From Roseibacillus sp. (GTDB lineage Bacteria > Verrucomicrobiota > Verrucomicrobiia > Verrucomicrobiales > Akkermansiaceae): DNA of 64,000 nucleotides. The position numbers and the translations under genes were made by a program. Below the pieces are notes generated by a model. The model was not told the origin of the DNA. It made no database searches and worked only from the letters and a program-made list of their open reading frames with translations. The stretch covers positions 32,001 through 96,000 of the forward strand of contig CBDEUM010000009.1 in the NCBI GenBank assembly GCA_965242925.1, in the 5' to 3' direction. This document shows, one piece after another, positions 10,026-19,812 of the stretch (its first letter is position 1; every line of letters starts with the position of its first letter).

Positions 10026-13000
10026 TCACCGTCCCCTCAGGGTTTCCAGCTCGGCCTGGGTCCAGGGCCTGTCACGCTCCTTGTCAGCAGCCCGTGTTTC
10101 AGCAACCTGCTTTTCACGCACTGGATCGCCCGGCCCCCACCGAAACCGCAGATAAGAGAGGACCGCGGCGATATCCCTGTCTTTCGTCAGGCCGAGAGCG
10201 GCGGCGGGAGCCATGAAGCCGCCTTGGTAGGTCTTCCCCTCAAGGGGCCCGGACAATCCATGAAGCAGGATGAACACGAGCGGTGCCGGAGCCCCGTCAA
10301 TACGTGGTGAATCAGTAAGGGCCGGAGCAAGGCGAACATCCGTTCCCGGAACCATGACCCCGTTGCCATCGGGACCATGGCAGCTCACGCAGGATCGGAA
10401 ATAGTGCACTTCCCCATCCCGGACGAGACGCCGGTGGTCCGGGCTCATGGATTTCGGGTAGTCGATTCCCCGTTTCCAGTTCGTGAGAACCGCCTTCCAC
10501 TGGGCACCACTGACACCATTGGGATGCTCCCCGTTCTGCAACTTCCGGATCAGGGGAAGATCGTCACTACCCCACAACGCCACCCCCACGGCCAGCATCA
10601 TCCCGCGACTGCGCAGATGGTGCTGCGCCACCTCCTGGATCAACTCCTCGGCAGCCACGCGCGATTCCCCGCCGCTCATCCCGAGGGTGAGCACGAGCTG
10701 CTGGGCCACCTCCCCGTCCCGTTCCCCTGCAAGGCAACGGAGACCTGCAACCGCCGCAGGCTCCGCAATCCAGCGCTCCGAGACCTGGATCGCAGCACGC
10801 CGGACCCGGGGATCACGATCGTGGTAGAGAGCCTCCACCAATCCCCGGTCAAGATCACCGATGCCTTCCAGCGTCCACAGCGCGTGCAGCCGGTAGAGGG
10901 GGTTCTTCGCGAAGCGAGCCGCTCCCTTCAGGAGGGGAACCACTCCCTCACGGTCCTCACGCAGGATGATGAGCTTCTGGGCGGTATCCCTCCACCACCC
11001 GTTGTCATGCGAAAGGTGGCGCACAAGCTCAACCGTTGTCTCTTCCAGCATACGCGGACGGAGCCCCGGGGTGTGGTCCACATGCCGGATCCGCCAGATG
11101 CGCCCGTGCCGTATATTCCGGTCGAGACCAGCCTCCACGATAGCCTTCCGGGGGCCCGGGGAGAGCCACGGGGCATCCTGGATGATCCCGCGGTACATGT
11201 CGGTCACATAAAGGCAGCCATCCGGCCCAGTAGCGGTATTAACAAAGCGGCAATTGATATCCGACGACCGAAGGAACTCACCATCTCCCGTTTCGGCCTT
11301 TTCGAAGAATTCCAGGCCATCCTTCCTGGTGACGGTTGAACGGCGAACGACATGAATGGTGGGATCACAGACGAAATGGTTGCCCTGATTCTCCCAGGGC
11401 AGCGCGTGCCCCCGGAAGATGGACTGGCCGCAGGCAGAGGTGAATCCCCGCTCCTCGGCCGCCCGGCCACCCCGGTCATTGAGCAGGCAGAGGCTTTTCA
11501 CCATGCGAAACCCCGGTTCATAGGGTGGGGCCATCTCGACCGGGGTCCCAAAAATCTCCCGCCCTGCGAGACGCCCCACGTTGGACCAGTACTTCGGGTG
11601 AAGATAGGGTGAGGCCACGGGATCGGAATTATGCACCCAGTAAAGGTCTCCCATGTCCCCGTGGGTCAGGCCCCACTGGGTCCAGTGCCCACGCTGCCGC
11701 TCCGCCTTCCACTCGCCATCGGTAAAGCGATAGCGTTCCATGTTGTAGGAGAGGTAGATGTGGTTATCGAGATTCCAGACCAGTCCGGAGTCCTGGTGCT
11801 CGACGGAGGTCTTCGGACCGTTCCGACTGTAGGCTCCACGCTTGTAGAGGGTGGTCGATTCATCCGCGACACCATCCCCATCCGTGTCCCGCCAGGCCAC
11901 GATGTCCATCGTGTCGGTCTCGCGCACCGCAATCCGGTCATCCAGTGGAAGGATCATGCGGGGCAGGTTGAGGTTGTCGACAAAGATGGTGACCTTGTCC
12001 ATCCGGCCGTCCCCGTTGGTGTCTTCCATCCTCTTGATCCTCCCGTTCCTCAGCGTTTTCGTTCCCGTGCCCTCCACGTCCTGCATGTAACTGCGCATCT
12101 CGGCGACATACATCGCTCCATTCCCGTCGAAGACCGTCAATACAGGTTCCTCGACCTCTGGTTCCGCCGCCACCACCTCCGCGAGATATCCGGGTTGCAC
12201 CTCGAAGGTTGTCGCCTCCTCCTCCGGCGAGAGCAGCACATAGGGATTCTCCTGCTTTTTCTGGCTGGCGCGATCTTCTGTTTCCGAATGCCTTCTCCCC
12301 TGCCCCCCCTCCCTCCAGGACACCGCGCTGGGGGTGAGAACCGAACTTCTGTTAATTCCAGGAAATCCCGGGGGAACCGGCAGGGTCACCTTCCCCGTGG
12401 CCAGATACTCGCAACTGCGGGCCACGATGGTCTGGAACCCCACACAATGCAGGCTCTCCCAGAACTTTTCGTCGTGATAACAATGGCCCATGGAGGTCAC
12501 GATCGCCCGGCCCCGGCCGCAGGTGACCTCCCACGTGATGGGTTCATGCTGTCCGGTCCCCCGTTGCCCCGGGTCAGACCACGCGGAGGAAAGGATTCTC
12601 AGGTTCCTCGCCGGACCACGCATATCGTGACACAGCTCATCTTTCGCGTGCATCCACCTGCCCGGCAACCCCTGCATGACCGGATGATCCGGTTGTCGCA
12701 CCGTCACCTGGAAAGAATGCTTCGAACCGTGGGCGGAACTCCCGGCTGCCTCATCCTGGAATTCTTCGCCGTTCCCCGGATCCACCTTGATCGCCTTCCC
12801 ATGGGTGGCGGGCCTCCAGCCAAGACCGATGATTTCATTATACTCCTTCCAGTTGCGGAATGCATTAGTTGCCCCGTGGACAAGAAACACTCCCCCGCCG
12901 CTCCGGACATAATTCACGAAGGCGGTGCGCACGTTTGCCGGCCAGTCACGACCCGTGTAATTCAGGATGACGACGTCATGACTGTCGAAGTCCGGCCTCC

Positions 13001-13340
13001 ACGCCTGCCATGCCTTGTCCGCATCCGGTTTCAACATTCGGACCGTCCCCGCATAGTTCTCCAGGGCCTTTTGATAGGCAGACTGCACCCCGGCGTCACT
13101 GGAGTCCGGCCTCCGGAGCGCTCCTGGCAACTTCTGTCCCGGAGCAGTAGACACCGAAACCTCGAATCGGCCGGTCGCATTGAGAGTTGCCCGCAGGGCA
13201 TCAGTCGTAATGCGCCAATCGTGACTGTTACGCCCATCTACGATGAGGACCCTGATCGAGTCACCAGCCGCCGCCAGGCGGGAAGGCCCGAAGGCCAGGA
13301 AAAGAACAACCCCGAAAAGAAGCGGGATAGAAAACTTCAC
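10026..13340 (-). CDS. ThuA-like domain + PVC-type membrane-bound dehydrogenase propeller (DUF7133-like) + HEAT repeats + cytochrome c
   Basis: Signal peptide. ThuA-like IRVLIVDGRNSHDW...HAKDEL...GRAIVTSMGH. Propeller VAAEPEV...GPDGCLYVTDMYRGIIQ...GRIWRI. HEAT RLHALWTL. Heme site CVSCH with distal GFMAP. Confidence 0.85.
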   Translation of the reverse strand: MKFSIPLLFGVVLFLAFGPSRLAAAGDSIRVLIVDGRNSHDWRITTDALRATLNATGRFEVSVSTAPGQKLPGALRRPDSSDAGVQSAYQKALENYAGTVRMLKPDADKAWQAWRPDFDSHDVVILNYTGRDWPANVRTAFVNYVRSGGGVFLVHGATNAFRNWKEYNEIIGLGWRPATHGKAIKVDPGNGEEFQDEAAGSSAHGSKHSFQVTVRQPDHPVMQGLPGRWMHAKDELCHDMRGPARNLRILSSAWSDPGQRGTGQHEPITWEVTCGRGRAIVTSMGHCYHDEKFWESLHCVGFQTIVARSCEYLATGKVTLPVPPGFPGINRSSVLTPSAVSWREGGQGRRHSETEDRASQKKQENPYVLLSPEEEATTFEVQPGYLAEVVAAEPEVEEPVLTVFDGNGAMYVAEMRSYMQDVEGTGTKTLRNGRIKRMEDTNGDGRMDKVTIFVDNLNLPRMILPLDDRIAVRETDTMDIVAWRDTDGDGVADESTTLYKRGAYSRNGPKTSVEHQDSGLVWNLDNHIYLSYNMERYRFTDGEWKAERQRGHWTQWGLTHGDMGDLYWVHNSDPVASPYLHPKYWSNVGRLAGREIFGTPVEMAPPYEPGFRMVKSLCLLNDRGGRAAEERGFTSACGQSIFRGHALPWENQGNHFVCDPTIHVVRRSTVTRKDGLEFFEKAETGDGEFLRSSDINCRFVNTATGPDGCLYVTDMYRGIIQDAPWLSPGPRKAIVEAGLDRNIRHGRIWRIRHVDHTPGLRPRMLEETTVELVRHLSHDNGWWRDTAQKLIILREDREGVVPLLKGAARFAKNPLYRLHALWTLEGIGDLDRGLVEALYHDRDPRVRRAAIQVSERWIAEPAAVAGLRCLAGERDGEVAQQLVLTLGMSGGESRVAAEELIQEVAQHHLRSRGMMLAVGVALWGSDDLPLIRKLQNGEHPNGVSGAQWKAVLTNWKRGIDYPKSMSPDHRRLVRDGEVHYFRSCVSCHGPDGNGVMVPGTDVRLAPALTDSPRIDGAPAPLVFILLHGLSGPLEGKTYQGGFMAPAAALGLTKDRDIAAVLSYLRFRWGPGDPVREKQVAETRAADKERDRPWTQAELETLRGR

Positions 13341-13541
13341 GAATGATCCATCCTTCCCGGGGTTTCAGGATAAAGTGTCCGGGTTCTCTCCAGGGATTGC
13401 GAACTAATTTTCAGGCCGGAATCGATGCACAGAAACAGTTGAAGGACCTGGAAGCGAAGTTGGCATATCCTGATCCCTTTGAGCGCTCCCTTGATCGATC
13501 CCAGGTTGGACTATGGGAACGGATGAGATAGCGTCCCGGGC

Positions 13542-14763
13542 ATGCTCCGAATGCTCGGGACCATCACCCTTCTTCTCGCCCAGGCCCTGTCCTCATGGGC
13601 TGCCGAACCGGAATGGCCGCGTTTCCGTGGCAGGAATGGTGAGGGTGTGGTGACGGGTGCGGACATTCCGGCGAGTTGGAAGGTTGATGATTTCATCTGG
13701 AAGATCGACCTTCCGGGGGTTGGACATGGTTCGGTAGCAATCGTTGGGGAGCGGATCTTCCTGCTCTGTGGGGACCCCAGGACGAGCGAGCGCACTGTTG
13801 TCGCGGTGAGCCAAAGACGGCAGGATCCTGTGGCAGAAGTCCTACCGGACCGCGAAGTTCAAGGGGCATCGCTTCAATTCTCCGGCCTCAACAACGCCGG
13901 CAGTTGACAACGAAAACGTCTACCTGACCTGGGGGACAAGGGAGCAGCTCACCCTGACCGCCCTGACTCACACCGGGGAGCAGGTCTGGCAGGCGGACCT
14001 CGGGGCGATCAAAGGGGGCCACGGTTTTGGAGCCTCCCCGATGGTTCATGGTGATCTGGTGGTGATCAACAACGACCAGGACGGGGAGAGCAGCCTGGTG
14101 GCGGTGGATAAGAAAACGGGACAGAAGCGATGGGAGATTCCGCGCAAGAGCGTACGATTGAGTTACTCGGTGCCGGTGGTAACCAGGGACGGGACCCTGG
14201 TGTTTACGAATTGGCAGCATGGCTTCACCGCAGTGGATCCAAAAAGCGGCAAGGTCCTGAGCGATGTCAGCGTGTTCAATTTGAAGAAGAAGGAACGGGC
14301 CGTCAGTTCGCCGGTCCTGGCGGGCGATCTCATCATCGGAACCTGTGGGTTCACCAACGAGCCGAAGCACGCCGTGGCGATGATGCTCAAGGACGGCCAG
14401 TTGAGCGAAGTGTGGCGGATTGAGCGCAATGTCCCGCACATCCCGTGCCCGATCGTGATTCGAGACCGGGTCTACCTGTGGGAAGACAAGGGCATTGGGA
14501 CCTGTGTCGATCATCAGACCGGGAAAGTGATCTGGCGGGAGCGGATTGGGGGCGCGACCTACTTTGGGTCGCCCGTGAGTGACGGGAAGAAGATCTTCTG
14601 TGTCGATGCCGATGGCGTGGTGCGCTGTATCGCGGCAGCGGACGAATTCCAGGAACTGGGCCAGACCGACCTCGGCGAACTCTGCCGGAGCACCCCGGCA
14701 ATCGCGCACGGGAATCTCTATCTTCGCACAATGACCAGGCTGTTCGCAGTGAGAGGCAGGTGA
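13542..14763 (+). pseudogene. PQQ-like (BamB-type) beta-propeller protein, frameshifted near 13809-13813
   Basis: Signal peptide + EWPRFRG + WKIDLPGVGHGS in frame 1. It continues as AKDGRILWQK...SPASTTPAVD...GFGASP...STPAIAHGNLYLRT in the frame of ORF 14041..14763, which is open from 13810. Confidence 0.82.
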
Positions 14764-14819
14764 ATTCCTGCCCGCTCACACCCAGGCTGAATTTCACGAA
14801 GGAGCAGCCGGGACAACCC

Positions 14820-17800
14820 CTAGGGTGAGCGGGAGAACTCGACCCGCACGAAGCGTCGGGGCACAGCTGCGCTCACCAGTCCAGAAACACTTTGGTAGGT
14901 CCGGGTGGCCGTCCCATCGCCATGATTGGTGAACGAGAGCAGGGAGAATTCGGCGCCGGCATCGGTCCAGTTGACGAGGTCGCTTGAGAGCTCGAGCCGA
15001 TGGGTCACATCGTCGGCAGCCAGGTTCACCTGCAGGGTGAGCACGAAGCGACCGTCGCCGGTGGTTGCCAGGGCGACCGGGCTGCCATTGGGGACCTGGT
15101 CCGACGAACCCGTCGCGTGTTCCAGCAGGGCGCCGAGTCCATCGAAATCGAGATCGTCATTGGGATTCCCGGTGAAGAAAACGGCATCGCTGCCGCCGGG
15201 ATTGCCACCCGGCCAGGTGCTCTCCCGCCAGTTTGCGGGGTCATTGTGATCGGGATTGCCAGCCGGGTTCCTCAAGACCAGGCTGAACCCGCCACCGTCG
15301 GGACCGGTCGGCCAGGGCGCTTCGTCGTCGTAGGCAAACTCCCGGATGGTGCTATTGGTGGCATCCTCCAACTTGATGCGATCGCTGCCATTGTTGAAGC
15401 GGGAGCCATTCTGAAAATCGGTGAAGGGGACCACAATGCGTGCTCCGGGAGCCAGCACGGTTCCAGCGGGAAAGGTGTAATCAATGCCGGCGGTGAAATG
15501 CACTCCGCTCAGATTCACCGTCACGGAGTCGCTGATGTTCATCAGTTCGATGAACTCGGCATCGGGATTGAAACCGGCTGGATGATACATGAGTTCGCTA
15601 ACGACGAGGTAGCGCTGCGGATCGCTTGGATTGACCGGAGTCTGGAAGGCTGAAACGATCACCTCCGCGGGGTTCACGAGGTTGAGGGTCTCTCCGAAAT
15701 TGGATAGATGACCGGCGTAAGGTCCCACCACGAGGCGCTCTTCGTTTCCGGTTGGTGAAGTCCCCCGATTGCGAAAGGCGAGCGTGTCCGGAGAGAGGTA
15801 GAGGTCTCCCCCCCGCTCGATGACCGTGCCCGGGGCAAAGGTGAACTCCACGCCCCCGGTGAGCTTCCAACCCGAAATATCGATCTCGGTCGCTTCGTGA
15901 TTGGTCAGGACAATATACTCTTCGTCCTGATTGGCAGAAACCGGATTCTGTTCCACGGCACTGATGCGGATGTCGGGATTCGCCACCTGCGAAGCCGGAA
16001 TCAGGCCGGGGTAATTACGGAAGAGCACGTTGCGCCGGCTGTTCAGGTAATTGTTGATTGATGAGATGCTGGAGCTCAGCGGTGGACTGGCCGGGGCAAT
16101 GATCTCCGCTACGCGGTTCTCGAAGTAGCGCCGCGCCCGCGGAGTGGAGGACGGCTGCAGCACCTCGTCCATCACGGTGCGCAAGCGGCGCAGGTAGAGG
16201 CGCTGGGTGGTAGTTTCCTCGAAGAGAACATCGTAGAGCACGTTCCACTGATTCGCATTCTGCTTGGCATGTTCCTGGTCTCCGAAAAAGGGATGCGGCA
16301 GGTGCGTGCCACCGTCTCCAGTCACGCCGAAGGTCCAGTCCTTGTCCCACGGGAAGATCCGCCAGCGCTGATCGCCCCGGTTGTCGACGTAGCCGTAAAA
16401 GTTCTTGCGGACATCGTCGGCATCCTGGGTGATCGAGCGCACCGCGAGATAGTTCACGATCTGGGGCAGGTCCAGGTTGTCGATGACGTAACGGCGGCGC
16501 GCAGTGCTGGTTCTCCGATTGAGACCGGACACCAGGTTCTGCACGGTCGTCAAATCGCTCTGGTCACCGGTCTTCTTCTCGATCCCGGTGATGGTATCGA
16601 AGAATACCGGGTTCAAGTTGCTCCGCTGGACGAACTTGTAGAGATCGCTGGCTGGATCATACCCGTTGCGGTCGAGAAAATCTTCATCCACCTGTTCGAT
16701 GAAAACGCCGACACGATCGAAGATTCCGTTCAACCGCATGTACCAAAGAGCCGAATTGCAACCCGCGTTCCCGGCCGCCTGGTAGGCCTCGAAGGCCAGA
16801 GTCTGCCGCACGTAGGTGCTGTCGGATCCCCGCGCGTTCATGTTGATCTCGCCCACCGAGGGCATCTCGCTGTTGATGTAGAGGCCGTCCCCCTTGTTGA
16901 AGTTGAACTTCTGGGAACTCCCGTTGGTTGCGCCACCACGTTTCCGGACAAAGATATTATCATAGAATCTCTCGCCGAAGTAGACCGAGGCCCTCGTCCC
17001 GCTGCGCGTGTTGGCGGCCGACTCGCTTTGCGCGAACCACTGGAAGACGGGTAACGGCGAGGTGAGTCGGACATCCAGGATCACCGTGCCGAAATACTCC
17101 GGCGATTGGTTGTTGCCCGTGCGGTCGAGAAAGACGGGCGCGCGCCCGACATTTCCATCCCCATCGGAAGCGCTCACATACCAGCGCACCATATCTCCCG
17201 ATCGGTAGACCGACGAGGGGATGGAGGCGGTATAGCTGCCCGCGTCGACTGTCATCGGAATGACAACCTCCCCGCCGAAGTCGACTCGATACACCAGATT
17301 GACCGTCGTGATCGCAGCGAGCCGGGGCGCCACCTCGGCGGTCACCACGATATTCTGCAGCGAGGTCGGCTGCTGCGCAGGAAGATGAGAGACATTCTGA
17401 ATCACGGGTCCGGGAGTGGTAGAATCCGCGTTGGGAAGACCCGGCGTCGGTGAACTGAGGTAGCCGAAGGACAATGGACCACCACCCGACACGCTGGCTT
17501 CGAGCGAAACCTCAACCAGAAAATCTGAGCTGCCCGAGGATCGATTCAACCCGTGAACCGCAAATACGTTGGCGCCATTCTGCAAATCCCCAAGAAAGGC
17601 GGAGACATCGATGGTCTCCGAGTTGGCACTCTCGTTGACGTTGCCATCGGCAGTGTCGTCCCAAACGGGCAGGTCCGGTGCGTTGCGGTTGGCAATCTCA
17701 CTACCGTTGAGATAGGCCACGAATCCGTCGTCGTAGCGAAAGGACAATGAAAGTTCCGTCACGGTCGAGGCATCCACCAGGGCGAAGGGGAAACGGATAA

Positions 17801-19685
17801 AAGCCGAGGTCCCCTGTGTCCGCATCTCGCTCTCCACATCGGTCGTGATGTACTGGTCAAAGTCCTGCCCGGTATCATATCCCACGCCCTGCCCCGTTCC
17901 CGAGATCCAGTCCACACCGGGGCTGAAGGAATCAACCTGCCAGGTGTTCCCCAGCGACCCATTGGTGGGAATCAATACCTCGGCGTCGGAGCTCCCGATA
18001 AGATTATGGGAAGCTCCACCCGCTTGAAAGATCCCATAGGAAACATCATTGAATTGAGGAGGGAAGAGCGGAGCAAACTCGGTTACGATGGTCGTTCCGT
18101 CCCCCTTCACGAGTGCGAGATACTCGCCGCCCGTGCCCAGGCGAAAGTTGGTGTGAAGGAAGCCGGCGGCGTCGACATAATCATCGGTTCTCTGACCGGA
18201 TGCGAAGACGAGCAGATAACCGTTCGCAGGGATGGTGGTGGCGGCTGGAAACCGCCACTTCTCCAAATTGTCCCCCTCATCGGTCAGGTGCCACCCGGTG
18301 AGATCGGCCACTCCGGGACCGGCATTGTAGATTTCAATCCAGTCTGAGGAGTTGCCGTCGCCATCGTCCAGGGCAAGTCCATTGCTGGCCATGAATTCGT
18401 TGATGCGCACTCCGGAATCCGGGATCACAGCACCCACCCGGGCGGTGAGATTCACGACCGCGGTGGAATCGCTCGCATCATTCGAGGTGATGGTCAGTTG
18501 GGCGTCGAATTCGCCCTCCTCGCCGAGCGGATCGAAACTCAAACTGATCAATCCGGCCGCAAGGGGCAGGAGATTGGCGGGAGCAGCAGAGACCGTGAAG
18601 TGATCGGCATCCGCACCGCCGATGGAGGTGTTGGAGATCGTCAAGGTCTGTCCTCCGCCCCCGTTTGAGATGGGCAACGCCCCGTTCTGAACTCCCCCCC
18701 CAGCGGCGAACTGCCCCAAGTCATGACTGTCCGCTACCACCAGTTTCGGATCGTGGAGGAAGCCACTCAGGCCCACAACCGCAGTGGGCGTGTCCAGATC
18801 AGTGCTCTGCACCTGCAGGCCGGCTGAGATCGTTCCAGAGAGGCCGGTTGGGTTGAAGCTGATCTGGATGATGCCATTCCCCCCCGGTGCCAGGGATGCG
18901 GGGGCCGACAACTCGGAAAAGGCCCCTGCATGGACTCCCGTGAACGAGATCCCGTTGATGGTGAGGGTCCGGGTCGCTCCGAGGTTGCTGATCGCAACAT
19001 CGAAGGTCTGCACCGAGCCATCGAGATCCAGGCCGACATTGGCAGGCAGAGCGATGAGAGGATCGGTGGTGGGGGCGACAATTTCGAAGGCGATCTCTCC
19101 CAACCCGACGCGATCCCCTCCCGGTGGTGGTCCATTCCCCCCGTTCGAGTAAAAGTTGTCCGCGCAGGTAAACTCAACGTAGCGGGCCGTCACGGATTGA
19201 TCGAAGGCAAAACTTTGCCGCGCAACGTTGTCGATTACCGGATTGAAGATCGGATTGTAGGTGATGGAAGATCCGAAACTTCCCGTGCCCTCCGCGTCCG
19301 TTGCAAACTGCAGACTGAACTCGCTCAACCCGTTGGCATTGGTGGCGGAGTAACCCCACACGCTCACTTCCGTGAGCGGAAGATCGTCCCCCAGATCGAA
19401 AACCAGAACAGGCGCGCCGGCCACCGCGAGATAGTCCGACGGAAAACCACCCGGCGCACCAGTGACCCAGAGAGCTCCCGAACCACTCCCCGTCTGGTCA
19501 TGAGGTTCAGCATTTGCGAATCCCGATCCCGGGCCCTGGATCAGATTGGAAACCGGCCAGAGGTCGCCAGTGGACGACGTTGTGACGCTGTCGATCGGAT
19601 GAAAGTTGGCCGCTCCAGCGGGAAACGCGCCGATGACACCAAGAACCACGGCAACAGCCGCATTCATAAAATTGGGGCGATTCAT
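14820..19685 (-). CDS. Large secreted CotH-kinase / lamin-tail-domain protein (discoidin-like module, 2 ASH/Ig-like, LTD, CotH, 2 LTD, C-terminal beta domain)
   Basis: Signal peptide. LTD motifs VRINEFMASN...DWIEIYN and LVVSELMYHP...EFIELMN. CotH motifs VRKRGG, IEQVDEDFL, DADDVRKNFY, IFPWDKDWTFG. C-terminus SSDLVNW...RFVRVEF. Confidence 0.85.
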   Translation of the reverse strand: MNRPNFMNAAVAVVLGVIGAFPAGAANFHPIDSVTTSSTGDLWPVSNLIQGPGSGFANAEPHDQTGSGSGALWVTGAPGGFPSDYLAVAGAPVLVFDLGDDLPLTEVSVWGYSATNANGLSEFSLQFATDAEGTGSFGSSITYNPIFNPVIDNVARQSFAFDQSVTARYVEFTCADNFYSNGGNGPPPGGDRVGLGEIAFEIVAPTTDPLIALPANVGLDLDGSVQTFDVAISNLGATRTLTINGISFTGVHAGAFSELSAPASLAPGGNGIIQISFNPTGLSGTISAGLQVQSTDLDTPTAVVGLSGFLHDPKLVVADSHDLGQFAAGGGVQNGALPISNGGGGQTLTISNTSIGGADADHFTVSAAPANLLPLAAGLISLSFDPLGEEGEFDAQLTITSNDASDSTAVVNLTARVGAVIPDSGVRINEFMASNGLALDDGDGNSSDWIEIYNAGPGVADLTGWHLTDEGDNLEKWRFPAATTIPANGYLLVFASGQRTDDYVDAAGFLHTNFRLGTGGEYLALVKGDGTTIVTEFAPLFPPQFNDVSYGIFQAGGASHNLIGSSDAEVLIPTNGSLGNTWQVDSFSPGVDWISGTGQGVGYDTGQDFDQYITTDVESEMRTQGTSAFIRFPFALVDASTVTELSLSFRYDDGFVAYLNGSEIANRNAPDLPVWDDTADGNVNESANSETIDVSAFLGDLQNGANVFAVHGLNRSSGSSDFLVEVSLEASVSGGGPLSFGYLSSPTPGLPNADSTTPGPVIQNVSHLPAQQPTSLQNIVVTAEVAPRLAAITTVNLVYRVDFGGEVVIPMTVDAGSYTASIPSSVYRSGDMVRWYVSASDGDGNVGRAPVFLDRTGNNQSPEYFGTVILDVRLTSPLPVFQWFAQSESAANTRSGTRASVYFGERFYDNIFVRKRGGATNGSSQKFNFNKGDGLYINSEMPSVGEINMNARGSDSTYVRQTLAFEAYQAAGNAGCNSALWYMRLNGIFDRVGVFIEQVDEDFLDRNGYDPASDLYKFVQRSNLNPVFFDTITGIEKKTGDQSDLTTVQNLVSGLNRRTSTARRRYVIDNLDLPQIVNYLAVRSITQDADDVRKNFYGYVDNRGDQRWRIFPWDKDWTFGVTGDGGTHLPHPFFGDQEHAKQNANQWNVLYDVLFEETTTQRLYLRRLRTVMDEVLQPSSTPRARRYFENRVAEIIAPASPPLSSSISSINNYLNSRRNVLFRNYPGLIPASQVANPDIRISAVEQNPVSANQDEEYIVLTNHEATEIDISGWKLTGGVEFTFAPGTVIERGGDLYLSPDTLAFRNRGTSPTGNEERLVVGPYAGHLSNFGETLNLVNPAEVIVSAFQTPVNPSDPQRYLVVSELMYHPAGFNPDAEFIELMNISDSVTVNLSGVHFTAGIDYTFPAGTVLAPGARIVVPFTDFQNGSRFNNGSDRIKLEDATNSTIREFAYDDEAPWPTGPDGGGFSLVLRNPAGNPDHNDPANWRESTWPGGNPGGSDAVFFTGNPNDDLDFDGLGALLEHATGSSDQVPNGSPVALATTGDGRFVLTLQVNLAADDVTHRLELSSDLVNWTDAGAEFSLLSFTNHGDGTATRTYQSVSGLVSAAVPRRFVRVEFSRSP

Positions 19686-19770
19686 AAGATAGTGAGCCAA
19701 TCGTCTCCAGAGCGAGAACACCCTGGAGACGGATGCATGGTTGGGGGAATTACCTGGGCACGCTCGCCGC

Positions 19771-19804
19771 AAAATCGCGCGCCTGCAAGGCGAAGCAGGC
19801 GTGC
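19771..19804 (-). terminator. Hairpin between two genes of the CotH locus, possible weak intrinsic terminator or stability element
   Basis: Minus strand reads gcacgcctgc-ttcgcctt-gcaggcgcgc followed by gatttt. Confidence 0.35.
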
Positions 19805-19812
19805 TGATCAAT

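Noticed and set aside
13343..13531. 62-aa ORF between divergent genes
   Set aside because: It occupies the divergent promoter region and has no recognisable features.
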